Positions 24,249 through 33,344 of a DNA stretch of 61,640 nt are shown here, piece after piece (positions within the stretch are counted from its first letter, which is position 1; each line of letters begins with the position of its first letter). The position numbers and the translations under genes are program-made. The notes under the pieces were generated by a model. That model ran no database searches, was not told the origin of the DNA, and saw only the letters and a program-made list of their open reading frames with translations. The DNA is taken from the IMG/VR virus record IMGVR_UViG_3300001688_000037; one strand, written 5' to 3'. This DNA comes from a virus.

Positions 24249-25787
24249 TTACTCCTGCTGGTTAGGAATTGCTCCACCTGCTCCAGTAAAAGCTCCCTGT
24301 GGGCTATTCTGTGCGTTAAGGTTAGGGAATAAGTTAGCACCATCTGCCTCTACATTAGCTGGAGAGTATGGATCACTACTCTTTTTCTCTGCCTCAATAT
24401 CCATTTTGAGCTTTTCCAGTACTTCCTTAGGGTTATCAATGAATGGCAAGAGAGCTAAGAGGGTTTCCTTATCCACTTTTCCATCCAGCTTAGTAACTGT
24501 ATCTACAAGCTCTGTAATATTGTTAGGTACATTTCTTGTAAACTCTACTTTGAGGTTTAATACATCTGGCTCATGGCTAGAAAGTACTCTAAGAGGAGCT
24601 GTGATAATACGGAAAAGCTCTCTTATAGCCTTTTCCATCTTACGCTCCTTAATAATACACTTAGTTTCCAATCCAAAGAGCTTAAAACGGATAGCTACAC
24701 CACTAAGATTACCTGCAAAATTCTCATCGGAGAGATCTGGTACCTGTGAAAACTTGTAGATATTCTTCTCTAAGCGGTTAAGATGGTTTTCCAGAGCCTC
24801 CGTTTGGATCTGCTTAGTGATAAACTTAACATCTCCATTCTCCATAACCTCTATAATTCCCTCATCTTTGAGTTTTGAGAGGCTATCCTTACCTGCTACC
24901 ATGTTCTTAAGCATGAGGTACGCATTTCTAAACGCCTCAAACTCATTAGATACATCGGAGAGCACCTTATCATAATCATTTACAAGGCTTTCTACTCTCT
25001 CTAAGTCACTCATACGCTCCTCATTATTGTACATGGTAGTAATAGGGATCCTACCGAAAATATGAGGTACTCTTTTCTCAAAGGTATATCCAGATACCTT
25101 ACCTGCCTGTGCTCCTGTACCGCCCTCTACACACTTGAAAACATCATAGCCTGTAGCATCGTATACCTCTGCATAGTGAGTAGTAGTATCTGTATCCTCT
25201 GTATCTACATCATAGAGGCGGATAGCATACTGGAGCTCCTTTGTGCTGGAGTTCTTATACACTAAAATTACATCCTCTGGAGATAATCTCATAAACTTAG
25301 TTTTACTCTCCTCATTCTGGTAAACTAAGATATGAGATAAGCCCTTAATCATAGCCTCTTTACCCCACTCCATGAAAAGATCATCTTTCTCATTATCCAA
25401 ACAGATCTTATCTAACTCATCCTGTACCGCTGTATCCTCAATCTGCTCCAGATCCACGCCTACATCCACAGGATCCACCTCTACCAGAGCTTTCTCCTTT
25501 TTAGGCTCTGTGTAGTTAAGGATAATAGGATTACCTAAGAAATAACCCACCGTATTATCTATGATCTGTCCGAAAAAGTCATTAGATACCTTATTGTTAG
25601 GCTTATTTGCATCCCTCTTAGGTCTGCTCTGGATCTTGTGCTTATTCTCATAGAGTTTCTGGTACTTTTTGTACTTAGGGGCTACCTTTTTCTTGTGAGT
25701 GGTAATAAGTTCCTCCAGAAATGAGGTTTTTATCCTGCCTGTAGTCTGCTCTGTATTAAATTCTCCATCAATAGGTTTCTTTGCCAT
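24249..25787 (-). CDS. Portal protein (SPP1 gp6-like)
   Basis: 512 aa, directly after terL. NKVSNDFFGQIIDNTVGYFLGNPI pattern. Confidence 0.75.
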   Translation of the reverse strand: MAKKPIDGEFNTEQTTGRIKTSFLEELITTHKKKVAPKYKKYQKLYENKHKIQSRPKRDANKPNNKVSNDFFGQIIDNTVGYFLGNPIILNYTEPKKEKALVEVDPVDVGVDLEQIEDTAVQDELDKICLDNEKDDLFMEWGKEAMIKGLSHILVYQNEESKTKFMRLSPEDVILVYKNSSTKELQYAIRLYDVDTEDTDTTTHYAEVYDATGYDVFKCVEGGTGAQAGKVSGYTFEKRVPHIFGRIPITTMYNNEERMSDLERVESLVNDYDKVLSDVSNEFEAFRNAYLMLKNMVAGKDSLSKLKDEGIIEVMENGDVKFITKQIQTEALENHLNRLEKNIYKFSQVPDLSDENFAGNLSGVAIRFKLFGLETKCIIKERKMEKAIRELFRIITAPLRVLSSHEPDVLNLKVEFTRNVPNNITELVDTVTKLDGKVDKETLLALLPFIDNPKEVLEKLKMDIEAEKKSSDPYSPANVEADGANLFPNLNAQNSPQGAFTGAGGAIPNQQE

Positions 25788-25823
25788 TGTTTTATATCCT
25801 CCTTTACTTTTCTGTAATAAAAA

Positions 25824-25845
25824 TAGCCCTCATTTTCTAGGGCTA
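25824..25845 (-). terminator. Hairpin between terL and portal
   Basis: 7-bp stem tagccct/agggcta, followed by ATTTTTATTA on the minus strand. Confidence 0.45.
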
Positions 25846-27327
25846 CTAAATCATAAAATCTTCTCTATTCAGTACACGGATCTCATTACCTGCATCCGCT
25901 ACCGTCATAGCAAAATCTAAAGCATCAAATAAATCATCGTGATCCACTTCTGGGAATAGTAACAGGCACTCCTCCAGATCATCCATATTCTCTCTAAAGA
26001 ATACCTTACCATTTTCAAAGTTTGCGGATCTACGCATGGCTCTAGTTACTTTATCTTTGCTGGTATTGATATTGATAATAGGTAAAAGGCTTAATCTCCT
26101 AAGCTCCTGTGCTAAGGATTTCTGGTAAGCTACCGTTTCTACGCCTACCCTCTCTACCATAGGGTACTTATCCCTGCCATAAGAGATAATTGTGTTAAGC
26201 TGGCTGTTAAATGTAAGCCTCTCCTTTACATATTCCAGTACATACACATTTTTCTCATCATCTACGCCAATCATCATAAGTACAAAGTAATCGTTATCCT
26301 CGTTTTCCTTTTCCGATATGGCAAGATCGGCTCCCATGTATACCCTAACCTTTTTCCATTGATCTATACCCTCCGCATTTTTAATACGGATCTTTGCTGT
26401 TTGGAAATCATAATCCAGCTTGTACTCCTCATAATACTTAAAATACTTAGCCTTAAAGATTTTACCCTTAGCCAGCTCTGTATCATTCTGGTACTGCATA
26501 TTAAAGATAATCTTTCCACTTTCCGCTCTTATCTGTTTGAGCTTTTCTATGGTAAACTTGCCCTCCCAGAGAGAGCTCTCTACACCGTCAATAATCTGGA
26601 TAGCTTTCTGGATATTTATAGTGTAGTTACCGCTCTTAATCAAATCCTCATACAGATCCAGCGGATTATATCTGGTACCTAAGATATGGATCTCTCCATC
26701 TGGCTCCAGAGTAGGTATTAAGGAGCTGTAAAACCATTCCTTTAGGTTAGCCCTCTGGCGTTCCGTTCTGGCGTTTTCCAGCCCCACCAAATCATCTCCG
26801 ATAATAATATCAAAGTGCTTAGAGATAACCGCTCCAGAGGCTCCCAGAGCGGTTACCGTTGCCTCTTTCTTAATAATGTTACGCTTATTAACAGTAAACT
26901 CCCTATCATTCCACACATTATCCTTATGGGTTTTCCAATCTCCGAAAATTCTAAGCAAATTATCATTTTGCTCAAAATGGGTACGGATTTCCTTAAGAAA
27001 AGCCTGTGCCTGTGTCTGGGTTTTACTGCCTATCATAATACGGATATTAGGATCTCTTAGGATCCTAGTAATGCAATAATCCACATCTCCTACAGTACTC
27101 TTACCAAAACCTCTAGGAGCTAGATCCAGCGTACTCTTATTTGAGGATATATTTGAGATGATACTTTTATGGAGCTCCTGTACACTTCTCTTAGTGATAT
27201 ATGTACATACTAAATAGTAAGCTACCTCAAAAGAGGCATTTTCAATAAGGTATTTTACCATCATATCCTTATTATCAGCCTGCTCTAGCATCTCCTCTAC
27301 TATTTGCACTCTACCATAATCTAACAC
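25846..27327 (-). CDS. Terminase large subunit
   Basis: 493 aa. Walker A-like PRGFGKST. Nuclease-half acidic motifs. GTG start 10 nt after GGAGG. Upstream of the portal gene. Confidence 0.8.
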   Translation of the reverse strand: MLDYGRVQIVEEMLEQADNKDMMVKYLIENASFEVAYYLVCTYITKRSVQELHKSIISNISSNKSTLDLAPRGFGKSTVGDVDYCITRILRDPNIRIMIGSKTQTQAQAFLKEIRTHFEQNDNLLRIFGDWKTHKDNVWNDREFTVNKRNIIKKEATVTALGASGAVISKHFDIIIGDDLVGLENARTERQRANLKEWFYSSLIPTLEPDGEIHILGTRYNPLDLYEDLIKSGNYTINIQKAIQIIDGVESSLWEGKFTIEKLKQIRAESGKIIFNMQYQNDTELAKGKIFKAKYFKYYEEYKLDYDFQTAKIRIKNAEGIDQWKKVRVYMGADLAISEKENEDNDYFVLMMIGVDDEKNVYVLEYVKERLTFNSQLNTIISYGRDKYPMVERVGVETVAYQKSLAQELRRLSLLPIININTSKDKVTRAMRRSANFENGKVFFRENMDDLEECLLLFPEVDHDDLFDALDFAMTVADAGNEIRVLNREDFMI

Positions 27328-27360
27328 ATCCGCTTAACCTCCTCTCTACGCAAATTAAAA

Positions 27361-27380
27361 AGGAGCCTTTTACAGCTCCT
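27361..27380 (-). terminator. Hairpin/terminator upstream of terL
   Basis: AGGAGC-TGTAAAAG-GCTCCT followed by TTTTAATTT on the minus strand. Confidence 0.55.
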
Positions 27381-27566
27381 CTAGTGCATTGCGATATAAA
27401 TTATTAGGGCTATTGCCATTATTGCCAGCATGAGCACATCCCACGCTAGGAGCCCTCTCCATTTATTACTCTCTGGGAGGCTATTAAAGTACTCCGCTGT
27501 TTTCCAGATACAGATAATTACTGCTACCAGTATTACTATAGCCAGAATAGTTAAAAGTGTTTGCAT
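27381..27566 (-). CDS. Small membrane protein
   Basis: 61 aa, two hydrophobic helices. Confidence 0.5.
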   Translation of the reverse strand: MQTLLTILAIVILVAVIICIWKTAEYFNSLPESNKWRGLLAWDVLMLAIMAIALIIYIAMH

Positions 27567-27710
27567 CCAGCTTTCCTCCTCTCCTGCTTTCTAAGCCTTA
27601 TAAAAGGAGTACCACAGTATTTACACCTGTACCCTGCTCCTCTGTATTTTACGCATCTATGCCTACGGAGGAAAAGCACTTGTTTACATCTTCCTCCTGC
27701 CTCAATATAA

Positions 27711-28226
27711 TTACCACTCACAGCCTGCCTCCTTAAATGCTTTATGTATCTTAGGCTCCTGTATTGCCAGCCAATCTACCATCTCCTCATTTTGAGCCCA
27801 ACACTTACTACCGTAAGCATTTTGCCAGAGCCCACTCTCATAAAGAAAAGCATGGATAATCTCATGGCGGAGTACTTTACGCTGGTATGCCTTAAGATCC
27901 TTAACACTCTCTGCACTCTGCTTATAATTAAAGATCAAAATCTCCTTAACCTGTGTATCACACCATCCAGCCGCCTCTCTATTAAAGCGGTAATCATCCT
28001 CCTCAATAATAAGGATAGTATACTGGGTACCTAACACACTTACATAGCTTTTATCCTCTCTGTGAGGCTGTGTACACTCTGTTTCTCCCAGCTCTGTAAT
28101 ATCTACAGTAATCTCCATCCCTGTATCACATAGAGAGAGAGTAACCCTATCATTATCATCAATTTTAAGCACCTCTCCTACCATGCTCTTATAGGATTTC
28201 AAATACACAATATCTCCTAATTTCAT
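27711..28226 (-). CDS. Putative zinc metallopeptidase (HExxH)
   Basis: 171 aa. QRKVLRHEIIHAFLYESGL contains HEIIH. Family not assigned. Confidence 0.4.
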   Translation of the reverse strand: MKLGDIVYLKSYKSMVGEVLKIDDNDRVTLSLCDTGMEITVDITELGETECTQPHREDKSYVSVLGTQYTILIIEEDDYRFNREAAGWCDTQVKEILIFNYKQSAESVKDLKAYQRKVLRHEIIHAFLYESGLWQNAYGSKCWAQNEEMVDWLAIQEPKIHKAFKEAGCEW

Positions 28227-28351
28227 TTCTCCAGCTCCTCCTCTGTACTATACTCATCCGTATTACGGTTAATAGATATAAGGGCTGTAATAAAAATTCC
28301 TACACAGGCTCCTATCACTAAGCATACACCGCCTACAATCACATAGCCCAT
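28223..28351 (-). CDS. Small membrane protein (42 aa)
   Basis: Not in the ORF track. ATG 28351 follows AGGAGGTGGCAGAT. ATGA overlap with the next gene. Reads MGYVIVGGVCLVIGACVGIFITALISINRNTDEYSTEEELEK. Confidence 0.5.
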   Translation of the reverse strand: MGYVIVGGVCLVIGACVGIFITALISINRNTDEYSTEEELEK

Positions 28352-28375
28352 ATCTGCCACCTCCTATAATGCAAA

Positions 28376-28396
28376 GGAGGGCTTTTTCTGCCCTCC
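28376..28396 (-). terminator. Hairpin after thyX
   Basis: ggagggc-tttttct-gccctcc. Confidence 0.45.
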
Positions 28397-28410
28397 CTGC
28401 TCCTGCTTAT

Positions 28411-29388
28411 TTATTCTGCTACCAGATCCTCAAAGATCTTAGGTACTTCTCTCTGCATATCATGTAACAAAGGGATAGCTACCTCTACCATCTGTGGATG
28501 AGGCTTTCCTGTAACGCCTACCGCTCTCAAATTAAAGAAATGCCTCCAGCCCTTAAGGTTAGTAGTCATGGCTACCTCTGTTTTAAGGCTTGTAGGGAGT
28601 ACTGCTCTAGCCTCCTGTGGAGTAGCTCCATCTGCTAACATTCTAAGGTAGCTCTTTTCTGCCTCCTCACAGGCACTTACCCACGCTCCGTATCTCTCAC
28701 TCCAGTTATCCACCGTAAGATCCACGCCATCTACCTTTAAGTAACATGGCTCAATAACAGTAATTTCTCCAGCCTTAGAGCCATAGTTACAATATCTGGT
28801 ACTTTCCTGTGCAAAAGAGGCTACTCTGTGGCGTACTATCTCATGTGATACGCCTCTATCTACAGTAAATACTACTGTAATATCCTCATGGATCAATCTT
28901 TCCTCTTTACCCAGCGGTTTAGGATCTACCTCTACTGGAGAAATTTCTCCATCATAAGGCATTAAAAGAACATCCTCAAAATATACCTCATATTTTCTCG
29001 ATCTAAGGATATTCACTAAGCCTCTGGAGAAATTAAAGCCCTTATCTGTAGCTAAGATAATAAACTCTCTCCATGCTCTAAGATTTCCAGATACTAAGTA
29101 GCTCTCAATACCTGTAAATCTAAGAAATGTATTATAGCCCTCATTTTCTGCCAGCCATGCTACAATACTCTTAAGCTGTTTGTATTCTTCCTCCATAAAT
29201 GCTACTACTAAGGAGGAGTGCTCTATCATAGCGGTATGATTACTCTTAATAAGAGATCTTACCATCTTCTTAGCGGATCCCTCTTTGATTTTATCCTCAC
29301 TCTTATAGCATATTCTGGCTACTCTCTCGATCTTATCTGTAGGATCTGCAATCTTTACAATCTCATAACCTGCTTTTACTACCTGCAT
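28411..29388 (-). CDS. thyX: Flavin-dependent thymidylate synthase ThyX
   Basis: ThyX signature RHRVASFAQESTRYCNY (RHRxxSxxxxSxRY). Start set to ATG 29388 (MQVVKAGYEIV), 8 nt after GGAGG. Confidence 0.85.
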   Translation of the reverse strand: MQVVKAGYEIVKIADPTDKIERVARICYKSEDKIKEGSAKKMVRSLIKSNHTAMIEHSSLVVAFMEEEYKQLKSIVAWLAENEGYNTFLRFTGIESYLVSGNLRAWREFIILATDKGFNFSRGLVNILRSRKYEVYFEDVLLMPYDGEISPVEVDPKPLGKEERLIHEDITVVFTVDRGVSHEIVRHRVASFAQESTRYCNYGSKAGEITVIEPCYLKVDGVDLTVDNWSERYGAWVSACEEAEKSYLRMLADGATPQEARAVLPTSLKTEVAMTTNLKGWRHFFNLRAVGVTGKPHPQMVEVAIPLLHDMQREVPKIFEDLVAE

Positions 29389-29389
29389 C

Positions 29390-30004
29390 TTAAATACCTC
29401 CGCTGTACACAGTTTCAATAACTGCCTTAATAATATCCTCTGGATCCGCTCCTGCTGGTACTGTTACCTCCAAAGTACCTACACAAACGCCCTTACCATC
29501 CTCTGTATCTGCAAAAACAGGGTTAAAAGTGCATTTAGGCTCTTTGCTATGGAGCATTTCCTGTACTTTCTTGATTTCCGCCTTACTCTCCTCATCTGGA
29601 GTATGTAAGATCTTTCCTGTGCCAGTTACCATTTTAATAAATTCCTCTGGATCTACATCCTCTGGAAACTTAACAATAATAGGCTTTACGCTACAAGCCT
29701 CCGCCTCTACTATGGCTCTCATAATCGGATCCAATCCATAAAGAATAGTATCCAGCCTATCATCATGCTTAGGTTTTACAGCCTTTTCTCTTTCTGCCTC
29801 AATAGCATCAATCTCAAACTGGATATACTCCTGTGCTTTCTTAAGATCCTGCACAATATCATCCTTACGCCCTGCTCTGGCAATATACTTTACCGCATTT
29901 CCCAGATTGAAATTTAAGCCCCAATCACGGATAACATCCTTAGGCTCATACTTTCTACCCTCTACATAGTGTGAGGGCTGTTTAATAACATCTCTTTTAC
30001 TCAT
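29390..30004 (-). CDS. DUF3310-like protein with C-terminal extension
   Basis: N-terminal KQPSHYVEGRKYEPKDVIRDWGLNFNLGNAVKYIARAGRK pattern. Start set to ATG 30004 behind AAGGAG. Confidence 0.5.
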   Translation of the reverse strand: MSKRDVIKQPSHYVEGRKYEPKDVIRDWGLNFNLGNAVKYIARAGRKDDIVQDLKKAQEYIQFEIDAIEAEREKAVKPKHDDRLDTILYGLDPIMRAIVEAEACSVKPIIVKFPEDVDPEEFIKMVTGTGKILHTPDEESKAEIKKVQEMLHSKEPKCTFNPVFADTEDGKGVCVGTLEVTVPAGADPEDIIKAVIETVYSGGI

Positions 30005-30160
30005 GGCTCTACGCTCCTTTTCTGTTTTGATACTTAACTTAATCACATTCCAGATCATTCTTTAGAGATTTCACTCCCTTTTGAATTAAACCTATAGGAT
30101 TTTTGCTATGTACTCCTCAAAATCTTTAGTATTACTTAGAGTTTTTGAGGGATACTAAGC

Positions 30161-30628
30161 CTATTTACCCTCTAAGAGCTTAGCTATGGTATCCAGCCTA
30201 TCCTTATCTGCCTGTGATAGCTCTGTACTACCTGTGCTATCCTGCCGATCTGTAGCCTCTCCCATAAGTAAAAGATCCAGCTTAACCGCTCTCTCTAAGT
30301 CCTGTACATTACGGATCTTAAGCTCTCCTGTGGCTATCTTCTTACTAGCCTGTGCCATGAGGTTATTTATCATAATACGGTATCTGGTTTTAACATCGGT
30401 AGTCTGTGAGTTTAAGGCATTATTACTAAGAGCGTTGTTTTTGGCATCCTCAATCTCTCTCTGCTTTACACGATCTACCCAGCTAAAGGCTCTACTCCAG
30501 CCTGCTACCGTTCTTTCCGTTCTCATAACCTTTTCTGCTACCGCCTTAAGAGATCTCTTATCTCCTAACTGGTAATATATCTCAAAAGCCTCTCTCTGGA
30601 GCTTATTCTCTTTGCTCAACTCTGCCAT
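30161..30628 (-). CDS. Terminase small subunit-like HTH protein (putative)
   Basis: 155 aa. N-terminal HTH-like segment (KRSLKAVAEKVMRTERTVAGWSRAFSW) plus coiled coil. First gene after a 330-nt non-coding region. Confidence 0.4.
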   Translation of the reverse strand: MAELSKENKLQREAFEIYYQLGDKRSLKAVAEKVMRTERTVAGWSRAFSWVDRVKQREIEDAKNNALSNNALNSQTTDVKTRYRIMINNLMAQASKKIATGELKIRNVQDLERAVKLDLLLMGEATDRQDSTGSTELSQADKDRLDTIAKLLEGK

Positions 30629-30694
30629 CTCTCCGCCCTCCTTTCTTCCCTCTTTCTTTGTATGGGGGATTTTCTTTAGTTTTTCTGTAGTTCT

Positions 30695-30702
30695 GGTTAC
30701 AA
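30695..30702 (-). promoter_or_regulatory. TTGTAACC motif copy 3
   Basis: ggttacaa on the plus strand, 67 nt upstream of the terS-like start. Confidence 0.25.
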
Positions 30703-30947
30703 TGGCTTAAAAGTGCTTATTTTTCTATTACTCTATTTAGAGTTATTTTTACATTAGGTATCTGTTTATATTTCATTACTACTATTCTCTTTTATATCTT
30801 TATTTCTTTTACTCTTTATATTTAGAGTATTAAGTAGTATTTTTACCGCCTTTTGGCTCTTTTTCCGCCACAGCTTACCCTCTTTTCCGCTCTCCGCCAT
30901 TTCCGCCTCATTTCATTCCTAAATTTCATGGAAAATGAAATAAGAAA

Positions 30948-30968
30948 AGAGAGCCATTACAGCTCTCT
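30948..30968 (-). terminator. Rho-independent terminator
   Basis: AGAGAGC-TGTAATG-GCTCTCT followed by TTTCTTATTTC on the minus strand. Confidence 0.6.
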
Positions 30969-31232
30969 CACATAACCACTATTCTTAATGGCTAAATATC
31001 CTCCTAAGGCATCTATTACAGCATCCTTATTTCTGTTTTTCTGTTGTAACTCCTGTATAACCTCATCTCTGTTTTTCATTCTAAGGCTTTCCATCTCTCC
31101 GCACTCCATCACTTTCTTATAGATACGCTCTATAACACGCTCTGGCACATTGTACTCCTTTAACGCCTGTATCTCCTCTGGTAATGTCATTTCCCTAACT
31201 GGTACATCGTTTCTACAACATTCTCCGCCCAT
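30957..31232 (-). CDS. Hypothetical protein
   Basis: 91 aa. 1-nt overlap with the upstream gene. Confidence 0.5.
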   Translation of the reverse strand: MGGECCRNDVPVREMTLPEEIQALKEYNVPERVIERIYKKVMECGEMESLRMKNRDEVIQELQQKNRNKDAVIDALGGYLAIKNSGYVREL

Positions 31233-31456
31233 TACTTTACATCCTCCTCTTTTTTACTCTGTACTCCTGCACAGGCTTTACACTCTATCCGATCATTAAG
31301 CCTCTTAAGCTCTTTCTGTAAAAGAAAAATACTCATAGCCTGCCTCTCTACCGCCTTTACCTTTTTATTTGATACAATAATCTCTATGATCCCTAATAGG
31401 ATCCAGCTTAAAAGAGTAATTATCCAGAGTATAATTAACTTATCCGAAAAGAACAT
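31232..31456 (-). CDS. Small membrane protein
   Basis: 74 aa. N-terminal TM helix, then coiled coil. Confidence 0.5.
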   Translation of the reverse strand: MFFSDKLIILWIITLLSWILLGIIEIIVSNKKVKAVERQAMSIFLLQKELKRLNDRIECKACAGVQSKKEEDVK

Positions 31457-31528
31457 CTTACACCTCCATGTATTTATCTGCTCCCATGCACTTTAAGTAC
31501 ACTCTCCAGATCTTCTTAAGTATCCTTT

Positions 31529-32122
31529 TTATAAGCCTCTCTTTAGTAGCCATGAGATAAAGCCCTCCTCTGGAGTGAGTTCTACATACTCATTATAACG
31601 ATTACTAAGCATTACCAGCTCATCCTCTGTAATTCTCACACTATTACTACCAAAACGGAGCATAGGTAAAGTAGTTTTCTCCTCCTTAGGCTTTTTCTGC
31701 TTAGGCTCTGGCTTTTCCTCAAAGAGATCCTTAAGATCCATCTCTGTAAATCCCATAACCTCTAACGGAAAATCTACCTCCTGCAATCCAAATAACTCCT
31801 CTTTGAGCATTTCCTCATCCCATGTAGCCAGCTCTGCTAATTTGTTATCTGCAATACGGTAAGCCTTTACCTGCTCTGGTGTAAGATCATCTGCAATAAT
31901 GTAAGGCACCTCTGCCAGCCCAGCTAAGATACTAGCCTCTCTGCGTGTATGCCCTGCAATAATAACCATCTCTGCATCCACTAGGATAGGATTTCTAAAT
32001 CCAAACTCCTTAATACTCTCCAGCACTTTCTTTACCGCATAATCATTTACTCTAGGGTTATTCTCATACGGTATAAGATCCAGCGGATCACAGTACTTAA
32101 TTTCCTGTTTTACTACTTCCAT
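31529..32122 (-). CDS. ParB-like nuclease-domain protein
   Basis: ParB N-terminal domain pattern LIPYENNPRVNDYAVKKVLESIKEFGFRNPILVD...IIAGHTRREA. Confidence 0.65.
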   Translation of the reverse strand: MEVVKQEIKYCDPLDLIPYENNPRVNDYAVKKVLESIKEFGFRNPILVDAEMVIIAGHTRREASILAGLAEVPYIIADDLTPEQVKAYRIADNKLAELATWDEEMLKEELFGLQEVDFPLEVMGFTEMDLKDLFEEKPEPKQKKPKEEKTTLPMLRFGSNSVRITEDELVMLSNRYNEYVELTPEEGFISWLLKRGL

Positions 32123-32171
32123 GTTATGTACCTCCGTTTCATTGTATTATGAAAAAGTATGTAAATTTCTT

Positions 32172-32189
32172 TCATAAGATAGGTTACAA
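32172..32189 (-). promoter_or_regulatory. TTGTAACCTATCTTATGA motif copy 2
   Basis: Identical 18-mer to 21836-21853. Lies 60 nt upstream of the ParB-like gene start. Confidence 0.35.
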
Positions 32190-32213
32190 TAATGTAGATT
32201 TTATGCACTTCTA

Positions 32214-32453
32214 TTACAACTCAAACTCTCCCTTATCATTATAAGCCCCTGCTATCTGCTTAAATTGTACTCTCTGTGAGGAGTTAAGATTGCTAACAGG
32301 TATCTCTATAGATCTTCTCCTTTTCTCCTGCTCTGGAGTTTCATAAGGTCTTTCTACCTTTTTCCTCTTATTCCTCTCTGGAGCTGTGTAGTAGGGATCA
32401 TGCTCTCTAAGCCATTTATCCGCCTCATCTTCTTCTCTCCTAAATCTACTCAC
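32214..32453 (-). CDS. Hypothetical basic protein
   Basis: 79 aa. 8-nt overlap with the upstream gene. Confidence 0.5.
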   Translation of the reverse strand: MSRFRREEDEADKWLREHDPYYTAPERNKRKKVERPYETPEQEKRRRSIEIPVSNLNSSQRVQFKQIAGAYNDKGEFEL

Positions 32454-32694
32454 AGGCTCCCACCGCCTCTCTGCACTCCTTACATACTAAAGAGCCCTCT
32501 GGGATGTACTTCCCACACATTACACAAAAATCCATACTTACAGGGTTTCCTCTGTATGCCTTATACTTATATAGCCTTATCGTATCATGCACTACACCGT
32601 TACCATCCACAAAACAAGTAGGTACCTCCCCTTTAGGTCTACTAAGCTCTATGTACTCTCCCTGCTCATCGGATCCACACTTAATCAAACTCAC
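32446..32694 (-). CDS. Small zinc-ribbon protein
   Basis: 82 aa. CVMCGKYIPEGSLVCKEC. Confidence 0.5.
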   Translation of the reverse strand: MSLIKCGSDEQGEYIELSRPKGEVPTCFVDGNGVVHDTIRLYKYKAYRGNPVSMDFCVMCGKYIPEGSLVCKECREAVGACE

Positions 32695-33096
32695 TTAATC
32701 CACCTCCAGATGAGCCTTTAGCTCCTTTTGTATTTTCTTTATACCGCTATTTATATTTTTACTCACTACCGATTGATCCACGCCCATAACATAGGCTACC
32801 TCCTCCTGTGAGTATCCCAGTACTAAAGTATAAGCTATGCTCATGTACTGATAGTGAGATAATTTTCCATTTAAGTATCCCAGATTAAACTTTTTTCTAT
32901 CGTGCTTATTATAGTTTTCTGGCTCTATCCCTGTTACTCTCTTTAGATCTACCAAAATACAGGTAGCTACTCTATCTCCCTTTTCACTAAGGCTCTCTAG
33001 CCCTCCCCAGTTTCTTAAAAAGTTCCTTATATTCTTAGGATCCTTATAACTCAATCTAAGTAGCTGATCGTTTAGTATGTTTCTTACTGCCCCCAT
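32695..33096 (-). CDS. ArpU-like / sigma-70 region-4-like transcriptional regulator (candidate late activator)
   Basis: 133 aa. C-terminal HTH LGYSQEEVAYVMGVDQSVVSKNINSGIKKIQKEL. Size and position upstream of the packaging genes. Confidence 0.45.
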   Translation of the reverse strand: MGAVRNILNDQLLRLSYKDPKNIRNFLRNWGGLESLSEKGDRVATCILVDLKRVTGIEPENYNKHDRKKFNLGYLNGKLSHYQYMSIAYTLVLGYSQEEVAYVMGVDQSVVSKNINSGIKKIQKELKAHLEVD

Positions 33097-33277
33097 AGCC
33101 TACACCTCCTCTCTTGATCTTCTCTATATTTCTTAGATGCACCTCTACTCTTTTTCCTGCATAGTATCCAGTACAGCTAAGAGTAGCTAGGCTCTTATTT
33201 ATCTCTAGGATGGTACCGTAGCTATAATCCTCATCCAGAGGACACCGCCACTTTACCAGCTCTCCTACCTTAAACAC
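33056..33277 (-). CDS. Hypothetical protein
   Basis: 73 aa. Overlaps the downstream gene by 41 nt, so the start or extent is uncertain. Confidence 0.4.
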   Translation of the reverse strand: MFKVGELVKWRCPLDEDYSYGTILEINKSLATLSCTGYYAGKRVEVHLRNIEKIKRGGVGYGGSKKHTKRSAT

Positions 33278-33344
33278 TCCGCAATACCTCCTTAAACAGA
33301 AATAAGGATTATAGGGATCCCTCCCATATAATCCTTTATCTCCT

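Noticed and set aside
30061-30160. Possible ninth copy of the bipartite TCTAAA-N16-GATTAGGTTA element upstream of the DUF3310 gene
   Set aside because: It contains CCCTCAAAA and CTATAGGTTTAATTCA-like pieces, but there is no TCTAAA at the invariant 16-nt distance. It is a degenerate relic at best.
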